IMG/VR virus record: IMGVR_UViG_3300032050_000059
DNA: 64,000 nucleotides
Reading direction: 5' to 3' (one strand)
DNA from: a virus
Lineage: Duplodnaviria > Heunggongvirae > Uroviricota > Caudoviricetes
Every line of letters begins with the position of its first letter. Position 1 is the first letter of the stretch. The notes beneath the pieces are model-generated. The model was given only the letters and a program-made list of their open reading frames with translations, ran no database searches and was not told the origin of the DNA. This document shows positions 18,601-27,897 of this stretch, piece after piece. The translations under genes were made by a program, and so were the position numbers.

Positions 18601-18824
18601 GTACGATTGCTTGCTTCCATAATATCTTTAACACCCTAATTTATCCAACTTACAGGTGTCATGGCTGTCCCTATTGCTAGGTTAGGAATAGTCATTCGTC
18701 CTCATGAGGTCAAGCTGACTGGCTTAGGTGTTCTCCCTATACACCAATGTACGTTCCCATATGGCTATCACACCATTTCTCATCGTATTGGGCATACTAT
18801 CTGTGGATTAGACAGAACGTAAGT

Positions 18825-19022
18825 TTATAATCCTCTAAATGTCCCATCAGGGAAAGCATATTCTTCCCACTCGCCATTCACAGGCACCATAACACTATTG
18901 TCATACATATTAATGACAACAATACGTTCTCCCTTATCTAATAACTTATCTAATCCCTGTTCAGGAAACTCTCCTGTGTATTTGACACATGTCTTCTGTG
19001 TCTTGTTGATGATGATGTACAT
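18825..19022 (-). CDS. hypothetical small protein (65 aa)
   Basis: ORF. It has a conserved upstream element shared with neighbouring gene starts. Confidence 0.35.
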   Translation of the reverse strand: MYIIINKTQKTCVKYTGEFPEQGLDKLLDKGERIVVINMYDNSVMVPVNGEWEEYAFPDGTFRGL

Positions 19023-19050
19023 AACTGATTGATATTTAAATGATTAATAA

Positions 19051-19587
19051 CTATTTATCTGCTTGTGCATCGTAATGCGCTTGTCTATCTTCCTCTGTAT
19101 AGCCTGCTGAGTCATATTCTGGCTCTTCATCATCAGCCCATACATATTCCACTGTCTCAATCTTCATCTGCTTTCTAACCACACCTCTTTCCTCATCCCA
19201 TGCATACTGATCATTAATGTCATCCACTTCTATGAACCACTTACAATCCTGTTGTAGTTCTTGAGCAAAGTTGGTTAACACATATTCCACAGACTTCCAA
19301 TCTGAATAATAAGCACTAGGAAGATATCTTTCTCCTGCCATTCTTATTGTAGAAACCCAAATAAGTGGTTCTTCATGACCATCCTCAGCTACCATAATGT
19401 CAAATGTGGCACATAATGTAGGATAGGAACACTTGTCATTAGTATACCTAACAGCAAACATTTTTGCCATTGTAGGAATGTGAGCAAACTTGTATGGCTT
19501 ACCGTGGAAGGAAACTTGACGATCTCCAAAATAAAGGTGACCATCTTCAATTTTAACTCCATTAGGGAGAGCAAATTCTTTTGTCAT
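19051..19587 (-). CDS. hypothetical protein (178 aa), acidic C-terminus
   Basis: ORF. Confidence 0.4.
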   Translation of the reverse strand: MTKEFALPNGVKIEDGHLYFGDRQVSFHGKPYKFAHIPTMAKMFAVRYTNDKCSYPTLCATFDIMVAEDGHEEPLIWVSTIRMAGERYLPSAYYSDWKSVEYVLTNFAQELQQDCKWFIEVDDINDQYAWDEERGVVRKQMKIETVEYVWADDEEPEYDSAGYTEEDRQAHYDAQADK

Positions 19588-19789
19588 AACAATCGTTTAA
19601 ATGGTTAATTAATGCTATATTTATCCTCTAATAATTTGATTCTCTGTTCTACCAATTTACCTATTAAAAGTGTCTATGGGTCACACTGCCTCTCTCTAAC
19701 TCACACTAAATCAATGAGTTATGAGTTGGAAGTAATGATGAGCCCACCCTAAGGAATGGTAATTCCCCACCCATATATATAATAGAAGA

Positions 19790-19818
19790 AAGAATGTCCC
19801 CATTGAGAGGACATTCTT
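19790..19818 (-). terminator. candidate terminator hairpin downstream of gene 19826..20251
   Basis: 10-bp perfect stem AAGAATGTCC/GGACATTCTT with a 9-nt loop. On the minus strand it is followed by TCTTCTATTATATATAT. Confidence 0.35.
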
Positions 19819-19825
19819 CTATTCA

Positions 19826-20251
19826 TTAGGCGTTCATCAAGCTGTTGATGAGTTCATCGCTTGCTGGTGCAACAGCAAGTGTTTCATAACGCTTGATTTG
19901 GGAGTTAACCCTTGCATCTTCAAGTTTCTCATCACGAAGAGAAGACCATTGCATCTTGTTAATGTAAGTGCTGAAATTGAGTGTATCAATTTCTGTGGCT
20001 GTTACATTACCATCATCATCAACTCTATCAATAGTTGATGTTCCAGGGATGAGTGTGATGCTTTTAACATTACCGCTCTTAAAATCGGTGTTAAAAGGAT
20101 GGTCATCTGGTACAGAGAATACTACATTGTTTCTCTGATAACGAGTGAAGGTCTTGCCATCTTTTGCTCTTTGACCTTTTTTGTACTTCAAGCCACTTTG
20201 TACAAAAGCAACTTCGTAAACACTTTCATCTTGCAACTTAATTGGTTCCAT
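19826..20251 (-). CDS. hypothetical protein (141 aa), first gene of the leftward arm
   Basis: ORF adjacent to the divergent switch region. Confidence 0.45.
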   Translation of the reverse strand: MEPIKLQDESVYEVAFVQSGLKYKKGQRAKDGKTFTRYQRNNVVFSVPDDHPFNTDFKSGNVKSITLIPGTSTIDRVDDDGNVTATEIDTLNFSTYINKMQWSSLRDEKLEDARVNSQIKRYETLAVAPASDELINSLMNA

Positions 20252-20733
20252 AATGCCCTTTCAGTTTTTTGTGTGGTGACTCCACATTTTACAGTTAATA
20301 ATTATTAAGGAAAAGAACAGGGGGGCTATCCCGACTCTCCAAATTCTGCTGGGGGTTTCTGGATGGAATACCCTCCCCTCCCATGCACATAATAGGTTTT
20401 TGGTTCCACGTGGAACATGGGGGGATTGTCAACCTATAGGCTTACATATGGGGGTGTTTTGTCAGCTTATAGGTTTACAAAAAAAATTTTGTTGGTTATA
20501 TGGAGGATGTGTTATAACTTTGGGGCGGTGGGTGGGTTAGGTGATAGTTCCGTCCTATGGATATATGAGCAATTGGTGGTTTGAAGTGGTTGACGGATGT
20601 CTCTGAGCTAAGAATATAAGAATGGGGAAGGTGTATCTGGTTGAAAATAAGACATAATATAGCAATAGTATAAAAGATTGTATTTGACTATGTTATAAAG
20701 TCTTCCTATCTTTGTATCAACTACATTAACAAT
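20252..20733. promoter_or_regulatory. divergent intergenic switch region: G-runs, direct repeats, a perfect palindrome and a host-type promoter
   Basis: The 14-bp perfect palindrome GTTCCACGTGGAAC (20403-20416). Two roughly 30-bp direct repeats, GGGGGGATTGTCAACCTATAGGCTTACA (20419-20446) and GGGGGTGTTTTGTCAGCTTATAGGTTTACA (20450-20479). Several further G5-6 / C-rich runs. Local GC is well above the genome background. Confidence 0.55.
20683..20714 (+). promoter_or_regulatory. Bacteroidetes sigmaA-type promoter (-33 TTTG / -7 TAnnTTTG) for the rightward operon
   Basis: TTTG (20683-20686), then a 20-nt spacer, then TATCTTTG (20707-20714), about 20 nt upstream of ATG 20734. This matches the Bacteroidetes consensus spacing of 19-21 nt. 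Confidence 0.5.
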
Positions 20734-21078
20734 ATGAAGGTCATATTACAAAAGCTGAAGAAACAGGAGGAGGATAGCTATCTGGTAGCAGAGAGGTATT
20801 ACACCATCCTGTCAGCTATTAATGATCTTAAGCTGACACAAAGGGAAATACAGCTTTTGGCTTTTACGGCTATTAGGGGGAATATATCCTATGCCAATAT
20901 AAGACAGGACTTCTGTGATAAGTATGGCACCACCAACCCCTCTATAAACAACATCATTTCCAGGCTGAAGAAGATGGGGGTGCTGGTGAAGGATGGGACA
21001 AAGGTGAAGGTGAACCCCAAAATACTATTAAACTTTGAAAACGATGTCACCCTTGAAATCAGACTTGTTCACAGATAA
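20734..21078 (+). CDS. hypothetical protein (114 aa), possible HTH regulator
   Basis: First ORF of the rightward arm. Contains the segment LTQREIQLLAFTAIRGNISYANI. Confidence 0.4.
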   Translation: MKVILQKLKKQEEDSYLVAERYYTILSAINDLKLTQREIQLLAFTAIRGNISYANIRQDFCDKYGTTNPSINNIISRLKKMGVLVKDGTKVKVNPKILLNFENDVTLEIRLVHR

Positions 21079-21085
21079 TAAGCCC

Positions 21086-21502
21086 ATGAGCCTTCCTGTT
21101 AAGGATTGGATCATTAGAAAGCTGGCTGTGAAGATGATGCTGGGGGAGAAGACCATTGAGGCTGTTGTCAACCATCAGTTTCAGGAAGCTAACAAGGCGC
21201 TGACAAAGCATAAGAGTTTGGAGATCAGTGGGTTTGGCAAGTTCTTCTTCAATGAGGGAAAAGCTGTCAAGCAGATGGCGAAGTTTGAAAGCCAGAAAGA
21301 GCTGTTCAGCAGGATTTTGGAGAACGAGGTGTTGACGGACCAGAAAAGGAAGTCGATAGAGCTCAAGCTGCAAATAGCCCTAGATAACATAAGAGACTTA
21401 AAACCAAAGATGTATGTCGATGATTTCCCAGATTTACGAGGGGTGGAGGAACAATTTGATACCCCCAGAGAAGATGAGGACAGCGATCATAGAGACGAGT
21501 AA
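21086..21502 (+). CDS. hypothetical protein (about 139 aa; internal Met start chosen to avoid overlap)
   Basis: ORF 21035..21502 trimmed to the MSLPVKDW start. Confidence 0.35.
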   Translation: MSLPVKDWIIRKLAVKMMLGEKTIEAVVNHQFQEANKALTKHKSLEISGFGKFFFNEGKAVKQMAKFESQKELFSRILENEVLTDQKRKSIELKLQIALDNIRDLKPKMYVDDFPDLRGVEEQFDTPREDEDSDHRDE

Positions 21503-21509
21503 TGAAAGA

Positions 21510-21713
21510 ATGAGGATCTGTAAGCAGTGTGAGTTTCATTCAGCTAACAGAAAAGATTATAAAACCATCCGTCCTGATGCTCATTGTACCCATTGTGGGT
21601 GCACCCTGTCTGCAAAAACCAAATGTTTATCATGTGAGTGTCCACTACAGAAGTGGATTGCTGTGGTTACGCAAGAACAAGAAGAGCAAATAAAAAAAGA
21701 TGATGGAAAATAA
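21510..21713 (+). CDS. small Zn-ribbon protein (67 aa)
   Basis: MRICKQCEF...CTHCGC...CLSCEC: three CxxC pairs. Trimmed from ORF 21414..21713. Confidence 0.35.
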   Translation: MRICKQCEFHSANRKDYKTIRPDAHCTHCGCTLSAKTKCLSCECPLQKWIAVVTQEQEEQIKKDDGK

Positions 21714-21960
21714 AGAGGTTGTTTTAAAGAAGATTCCCCTGAGGGTGTTGATAGACATTCTTCAGGATGCCTGGAACAAGGGAGCTGACTACATCGATAT
21801 TATTGGTGTGGCAGACGAGGTTCAGGACAATATAGCCATTGCTATAAAAGAAGAATATTTTAATACCAATCCAGAGGAAGAGTTTGAGGTGGATGTGGAG
21901 CTAGAAAAGCTGGATGAAGATAAAGACATTACTGACGAAGATTTAAACCAATTAATATGA
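21700..21960 (+). CDS. hypothetical acidic protein (86 aa)
   Basis: ORF. D/E-rich C-terminus. Confidence 0.35.
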   Translation: MMENKEVVLKKIPLRVLIDILQDAWNKGADYIDIIGVADEVQDNIAIAIKEEYFNTNPEEEFEVDVELEKLDEDKDITDEDLNQLI

Positions 21961-22139
21961 ACCCTGTAGTAGAAGCATGGATTGTTATTGAGAAACTGGG
22001 AGCTCTTGTGGCTACACCAGGCATCTCAGAAGATGTTAAAACTCTAGCTAACGAACAGATTGCTAAGCTTTTAAAGGATGTAGTTACACCTGGACTAAGC
22101 AAGCTCTCTGCTAGTTCGGCTGGAATTATTGCCTAAATT

Positions 22140-22427
22140 ATGCATATGGGAAAACCCAATGATTATTACAGAGTGCTTGCACTCCTCCAGCAATTACAAG
22201 TTAGCTATCCTAATTACAATATGGGTAGACATATAGCCACTGCGCTAGATGAGTATGGAGATGTGTGGGGACTTACAGATAGAGAGATATTGTTTGCTCT
22301 GGAGAAGTATAAGGCTGAGCTGGATATGGATGTCCCACATACGGACGAGAGTGAGATAGACCAGATTATAAAGGAGGGGATGAATCTGGAGAATATACTA
22401 AAAGAAGAAGATGGCGAAGACTATTAA
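22140..22427 (+). CDS. hypothetical protein (95 aa)
   Basis: ORF. Confidence 0.35.
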   Translation: MHMGKPNDYYRVLALLQQLQVSYPNYNMGRHIATALDEYGDVWGLTDREILFALEKYKAELDMDVPHTDESEIDQIIKEGMNLENILKEEDGEDY

Positions 22428-22746
22428 AAAAACTACATACGTAAATGCTGAGCTTGATTGGGCAGAACAGCAGCTTTCCTCATGGAAGGCTTATGTGGAT
22501 GCCAATCCCCTGCATGAACTTAAGGATAGAATTGAGTGGAAACCAACGGCTAAAGGAGGCATGCTTCCTATGGTGATCGCATCAATCGAAGCACAGGGTA
22601 AGTTTATACAGGAAACAATGAAGAACTACTTAGCTCTTCTTGAGGTGGTGGAGAAACTACGTGAGAAAGAGGAAGCTAAAGTGGAAATCAGAGGTAATGG
22701 AGAACTAAGCTCCATGGCTGAAGACTTCCTTAAGAGCAGAAGATAA
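22411..22746 (+). CDS. candidate terminase small subunit (111 aa)
   Basis: Small coiled-coil ORF immediately upstream of the large terminase. Its stop overlaps the large terminase ATG. The call is positional only. Confidence 0.3.
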   Translation: MAKTIKKTTYVNAELDWAEQQLSSWKAYVDANPLHELKDRIEWKPTAKGGMLPMVIASIEAQGKFIQETMKNYLALLEVVEKLREKEEAKVEIRGNGELSSMAEDFLKSRR

Positions 22747-24773
22747 TGAACGAGCTTAAGAGCATAGACTACAAAGACTGGTTTATTAACCAGGGGCGTC
22801 TGCCTGACCGTGAGTCTGCAGAGTATAAGCCGTTTTTTGACTTTCATAGAGAAATATGCTTGAACGGGTGCTTAATGAACGGGGTGTATATCAACCCATT
22901 CCTTTACTGGCACCTGAATGTTTGGCATACAGAGGTGGATGTTGTAGATGAAAGAGGACGCATCTTCCAGAAATATGCAAATCCCCTGTTACGTGATAAC
23001 GAATGGATTGTGACAAATGAGATTGACAGGGCACAACAAGATAAAAAGGGCTTGGTGATACTAGGAATACGACGTTTTGCCAAGTCTGTTTTAGAGGCTT
23101 CTTACATAGGGTGGGGCGCAACATTTGATGAAAACTCCCAGAATGTGATCGCTGGGTTAAATGCCCCCGACATAAAGCTGATCACAGATAAGCTGGACAA
23201 GGGCCTCAACTTCCTTCCTGAAGCATGGAGATGGCAGAGAGTTGAGGACAACTGGAAAAACCAAGTCACCCTAGGTATTAAGACTCGTGGAGGAGAACGT
23301 ATACCATTTTCTCAAATCCTCATCCGTAACTTGGATGAAGGTAATAACGAAGAAGCTATTGCAGGTACCAAACCTCGTAAACTAATCATTGACGAGATTG
23401 GTAAGGGCAACTTCCTCAGAGGCTTTCAGGCAGCTGTGCCAGGTTTCACCACACCTTATGGTTGGGGATGTTCTCCTCTACTTACAGGTACAGGTGGTGA
23501 CATGAAGAAATTCATGGATGCCAAGAGCCTAATGTTTGACGTGGACAACTTCAACTTTCTCACTTATAACAATGAGAAAGATGACAGAAGGGTGCACGGA
23601 CTTTTCATTTCCTATAAGTATAGGATGGAAGCTAAGGAAGAATCCACACTTGGAGCATTCCTTGGACATTCAGAGGACAGCGATTTGAACAATGTCCCTA
23701 TGCTTGTAAGTAATGAGGAGAAAGCAAAGGAGATAACAGAGAACAATCTCGAACGCCTTAAAAAGGCTGGAGATAGAGTGGCCTATCTGAAGGAAAAGAT
23801 GTACTATCCTATGGAGGTGGATGACATCTTCCTGAATGAGGACACAAATATATTTGACATAGAAGCAGCCAAGCGTCAAAAAGGTAGGTTGCTCATGCAG
23901 GGGCGTACAGGAACTCCTGTTATTCTGTTTCATGATGGTGAGAACATCAGCCATGAGTTTACAGATAAACAGCCCATAACCAACTTCCCCCTAAAGAACA
24001 GTGACTTGAAAGACGCTCCTGTTGTCATCTACGAATTTCCCATCGAAAATCCTCCATATGGACTTTATGTGGCTGGTGTGGACCCATATAGACAAGGTCA
24101 AGCTGCATATTCCACCTCTCTTGGTAGTGTGTACATTTATAAAAGAATGCATGACATAACAGGAGAGAAATATCAGGATATGTTCGTAGCTTCGTACTGC
24201 GCTAGACCTGAAAAGAAGGAAACATGGGAAGAACAGGCTAGATTGCTCATCAAATATTACAATGCTAGAACGCTTTGTGAGAATGATGACATCTCCTTCA
24301 TAGAATACATGAAAGCAAAGGGAGATGCACACTATCTAGAGAAACAACCTGACTGGCTGAAAGAAGTGGTGCCTGGAACAACAGTGAAACGTGACTATGG
24401 TGTACACCGTTCTGCAGATAAGATAAGAGACTACCTGCATAACTGTCTGAAGAAGTATATGGAGGCTGTGATATATCAGGAGAAGGATGAAGATGGAAAG
24501 GTGATTAAAGAAGTGACAGGTGTATCAAAGATATTTGATCCCGTGCTGTTGGAAGAGATAATTCAGTATAACGATCAAGGTAACTTTGACCGTATTGTGG
24601 CTGCAGAACTTGCTATTGCTCAGGCTCTTAAGATGGACCCTGTGATGGGCAAGGTGGGAGGATCATCAGATCCTAGAGTGAGTGCGATATTCAAACCCAA
24701 CAAGAAGAACGTATTGTTCACAGAATCTCGTGGGTTATTTAATAAAAGGAAAAAAAGTAAACTATTTTTATAA
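22746..24773 (+). CDS. terL: terminase large subunit (ATPase plus RNaseH-like nuclease)
   Basis: 675 aa. Walker B-like KLIIDEIG and P-loop-like ILGIRRFAKS. C-terminal nuclease-like VAGVDPYRQG. Immediately followed by the portal gene. Confidence 0.65.
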   Translation: MNELKSIDYKDWFINQGRLPDRESAEYKPFFDFHREICLNGCLMNGVYINPFLYWHLNVWHTEVDVVDERGRIFQKYANPLLRDNEWIVTNEIDRAQQDKKGLVILGIRRFAKSVLEASYIGWGATFDENSQNVIAGLNAPDIKLITDKLDKGLNFLPEAWRWQRVEDNWKNQVTLGIKTRGGERIPFSQILIRNLDEGNNEEAIAGTKPRKLIIDEIGKGNFLRGFQAAVPGFTTPYGWGCSPLLTGTGGDMKKFMDAKSLMFDVDNFNFLTYNNEKDDRRVHGLFISYKYRMEAKEESTLGAFLGHSEDSDLNNVPMLVSNEEKAKEITENNLERLKKAGDRVAYLKEKMYYPMEVDDIFLNEDTNIFDIEAAKRQKGRLLMQGRTGTPVILFHDGENISHEFTDKQPITNFPLKNSDLKDAPVVIYEFPIENPPYGLYVAGVDPYRQGQAAYSTSLGSVYIYKRMHDITGEKYQDMFVASYCARPEKKETWEEQARLLIKYYNARTLCENDDISFIEYMKAKGDAHYLEKQPDWLKEVVPGTTVKRDYGVHRSADKIRDYLHNCLKKYMEAVIYQEKDEDGKVIKEVTGVSKIFDPVLLEEIIQYNDQGNFDRIVAAELAIAQALKMDPVMGKVGGSSDPRVSAIFKPNKKNVLFTESRGLFNKRKKSKLFL

Positions 24774-27367
24774 TGGCTATCATTAGATATACCAAGGATG
24801 CTACGATTAGATATGCCTATCTAAACATATTCCCTGATCAGTTCAAGACTGACAAGGAAAAGCAAGATGAGAGTTGGATAAAGAACACCATGGACTACTT
24901 TGCAAACAAGGCATATGCTGAGTATGTAAAGAATCGTGACACCTTTGTCAAGAATTATGACTTAATGAAAGGCATCCTTCGCATGGAGGACTTCTATCAA
25001 GAACCTCAGGTGAGAAGTTTTACAGATATGATGACAGCTGATTTACAGCTTCCTGCATATGTAAAGATGTATTCCATCATAACCACTCCTGTTAACGAGC
25101 TGGTTGGCGAGATATCAAAACGTCCAGACACCTTCCGTGTTAAGGCATTTGATGATGACAGTAAAGCTGAAGAGCTACAGTTTAAGACAGAGATTCTTCA
25201 GCAATACGTTTTAAATGAGGCTAAACAAAAAATCATACAGTCTGCTGCTCTAAGTGGAGAAGAAATTTCTGATGAGGAATTGCAGCAGATGAGTTTTGAA
25301 CAAGTGAAAGAACAATTGGATGCTTACACATCTGTGGCTGAAAAATGGGCCAACCATGTTCTCACTTGTCAGAAAGCAGAGTTTAACTTAAAAGAAAAGT
25401 CAGAAGACGCCTTCCGTGATATGTTGATATCTGGAAGGGAGTTCTATCACATATATGAAGACAACTCAAAACTTGGATTTAATATTGAGGTGGCTAACCC
25501 AAAGAACACTTGGTTTCTTACAACTCCTGATCGTAAGTGGATCTCTGATCCTACAGGTAGAGCTCAGGGGGCTTATGCCGCTGGTACAGTTCAGGTTATG
25601 GAGCTTTCAGAAATCATTGAGAGTATTCCTGACCTCACCAAAGAAGAGATTGATCACTTACGTTCATCTCTTCAAGACTATGGATTGATTAATGTACGTG
25701 AGTCCAACCTTGGTAATCCTGATGCGATTCCTGGTATAGACTCTGTAATGTATGATACATATGATCCTCTTGTTCTTCAAACTCGTATGATTATTGAATC
25801 AGAGATGAAGGAGAACAATGATGGATTAAAAGACTTCTTGGGACTTACATCTAACGTATCTTCCTTTGGATACAAATACGTTGTTGTTCGTTGTTACTGG
25901 ATTAGTAAGAAGAAGATTGGTAAGCTCATCTATCTAGATGAATTGGGCAACGAACAGTCTGTTCTGGTAGACGAGAACTACAAATCTGGTACTGTTCCTA
26001 CACAACAGAGTTTGGAGTGGGGATGGATTAATCAGTGGTATCAGGGTACAAAGATTGGTCCAGACATCTATCACATCAAACCATTCAAGCTTCTTAACTA
26101 TTGTCCCATCATTGGTACAACTTATGAAGTGAAGAACACGGAGGCTAAATCTCTGGTGGATTTGATGAAGCCTTTCCAAGTGTTGTACAACGTTTGTATG
26201 AACCAGTTGTACAAATTGCTTGAGAAGGAAGTGGGTAAGGTGTATTTGACTTCCATCAGACATATTCCTGTTCCAAAGGATGGTGATGCTCAAGATGCAT
26301 TAGACATCTGGGAAATGGAAGCACGTAACAGGGGTGTTGTATTTATTGATGATAGCCCTGAGAACTTAAAGAGTCCTTCAAGCTTCAACCAGTTTAGGGA
26401 TATTGACCTTACACGTACACAGGAGATTCAATCTCGTTATACACTTGCTCAACAAATGAAGAATGAATGTTGGGAACTAGTAGGTTTGTCTAAGCAACGT
26501 CTTGGTTCTGTATCAGCTAGTGAGTCTGCAACAGGAACTAACACAGCCATTCAACAATCCTATTCTCAGACAGAACCTTTGTTTGTAGCACATGAATATG
26601 TTCTTGGACAGCTATATCAAGCCATCATTGATGCTGCCTTGTATGTAGAATCCAAGAAGCCTCAGTCTACACTCTCTTACATTACAAATGAAGGAGAGTC
26701 AGCATTTGTTTCTGTAAATGGTTCTGATTTAAGATTCCGTGATTTGAAAGTGTTCTTGACTAATCGTCCTGAGGATACACAAATGTTTAATGAGCTTCGT
26801 CAACTTGCTCAGGCTGTTATTCAGAACGGTGGAAGCTTGTACGATGTGATTGAGCTTTACAGCACCAAGTCTATGAGAGCCATGAAGAAGGTGTTCAAAG
26901 ATTTGCGTGATAAACAAGATGCCATCCAGCAACAGCAATTGCAACAAAAACAGCAAGAGCTTGATCAGCAACAACAACAAGTTGCAGCTCAATTGCAACA
27001 AGCTCAATTGCAACATGAACAACAAATTGCTCATGATGATTATCAGAAAGAGCTTGATAGAATCAATAAGAAAGAGATTGCTATAATTTCAGCCACAGGT
27101 TATGGAAAAGTGGCTTCCGAAGATGCAAACTCTAATGCTGTTCCTGATGTGTTGGAAGTGAGCAGGCTTGCTAATGAAGAAACATCTGCAGCAAATCAAC
27201 ATCAGGCAAAGCTTATGGAAATAGCATCCAAAGAAAGACAGGCTGCTGAAAAGCTAGCTCTGGAAAGAGAGAAGCTTCAGGTGGATAGAGAAAACCAAAA
27301 GAATGACTTAGCCGTAGCTAAAGAAAATGCTAAAGGAAGAGCTAAGCAACCTAAATCCAATAAATAA
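24773..27367 (+). CDS. portal protein
   Basis: 864 aa. Its ATG overlaps the terminase stop (TAATGG). Gene order is terminase-portal-scaffold-capsid. Q-rich C-terminal coiled coil QQQLQQKQQELDQQQQQVAAQLQQAQLQ. Confidence 0.55.
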   Translation: MAIIRYTKDATIRYAYLNIFPDQFKTDKEKQDESWIKNTMDYFANKAYAEYVKNRDTFVKNYDLMKGILRMEDFYQEPQVRSFTDMMTADLQLPAYVKMYSIITTPVNELVGEISKRPDTFRVKAFDDDSKAEELQFKTEILQQYVLNEAKQKIIQSAALSGEEISDEELQQMSFEQVKEQLDAYTSVAEKWANHVLTCQKAEFNLKEKSEDAFRDMLISGREFYHIYEDNSKLGFNIEVANPKNTWFLTTPDRKWISDPTGRAQGAYAAGTVQVMELSEIIESIPDLTKEEIDHLRSSLQDYGLINVRESNLGNPDAIPGIDSVMYDTYDPLVLQTRMIIESEMKENNDGLKDFLGLTSNVSSFGYKYVVVRCYWISKKKIGKLIYLDELGNEQSVLVDENYKSGTVPTQQSLEWGWINQWYQGTKIGPDIYHIKPFKLLNYCPIIGTTYEVKNTEAKSLVDLMKPFQVLYNVCMNQLYKLLEKEVGKVYLTSIRHIPVPKDGDAQDALDIWEMEARNRGVVFIDDSPENLKSPSSFNQFRDIDLTRTQEIQSRYTLAQQMKNECWELVGLSKQRLGSVSASESATGTNTAIQQSYSQTEPLFVAHEYVLGQLYQAIIDAALYVESKKPQSTLSYITNEGESAFVSVNGSDLRFRDLKVFLTNRPEDTQMFNELRQLAQAVIQNGGSLYDVIELYSTKSMRAMKKVFKDLRDKQDAIQQQQLQQKQQELDQQQQQVAAQLQQAQLQHEQQIAHDDYQKELDRINKKEIAIISATGYGKVASEDANSNAVPDVLEVSRLANEETSAANQHQAKLMEIASKERQAAEKLALEREKLQVDRENQKNDLAVAKENAKGRAKQPKSNK

Positions 27368-27897
27368 TGTTTGATAGGCTAATAGACCTACTAACAGGCT
27401 GGTTTGAACAATTGCTTCCTTTCTTCATCGTAAGGGATTATGAGGAAGCAGTTGTTCTAAGGTTTGGTAGGTTCCACAAGGTGGCTAAACCTGGTTTCCA
27501 CTGGCGCATCCCTTTTGTGGATGAGCCTATGGAACAGCATGTTGTGGTCACTACTATTAGCCTGGCTCCCCAGAGCTTATACACAAAAGACAAGCAGAAC
27601 ATTGTGGTGAAAGGTGTGATTAAGTATAGAATCTCTGATGTTCAAACCTTCCTTCTGGAAGTGTATGATGCTCAGGACGCTATATCAGATATGACCCAGT
27701 CTATCGTTAAGAACATCATCATGGATAAAACCCTGGATGAATGCATAGATCCTGAGATAGACAACACCCTCACGAAGAAAGCTAGGGTGGAAGCTAAGAA
27801 GTGGGGAGTGGAAATCCAACAGGTAACCCTCACTGACCTAGCTCCAATTCGTTCTTTCAGGCTTATAAACGATACCATCGTAAACAAACTTGATTAG
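27367..27897 (+). CDS. minimal SPFH/band-7 (stomatin/prohibitin-like) domain protein
   Basis: Colinear with QmcA/stomatin SPFH: EAVVLRFGRFHKVAKPGFHWRIPFVDEP (cf. WTVERFGRYTKTLQPGLSLVVPFMDRI), LAPQSLYTKDKQNIVVKGVIKYRISD, KKWGVEIQQVTLTDLAP (cf. NPWGIKVTRIEIRDVRPP). Confidence 0.7.
   Translation: MFDRLIDLLTGWFEQLLPFFIVRDYEEAVVLRFGRFHKVAKPGFHWRIPFVDEPMEQHVVVTTISLAPQSLYTKDKQNIVVKGVIKYRISDVQTFLLEVYDAQDAISDMTQSIVKNIIMDKTLDECIDPEIDNTLTKKARVEAKKWGVEIQQVTLTDLAPIRSFRLINDTIVNKLD

Noticed and set aside
18601-18824. Possible tRNA gene in the GC-richer spacer
   Set aside because: Manual attempts to fit an acceptor stem/T-arm ending in CCA (around 18744-18746) failed. No GTTCRANYC T-loop was found.
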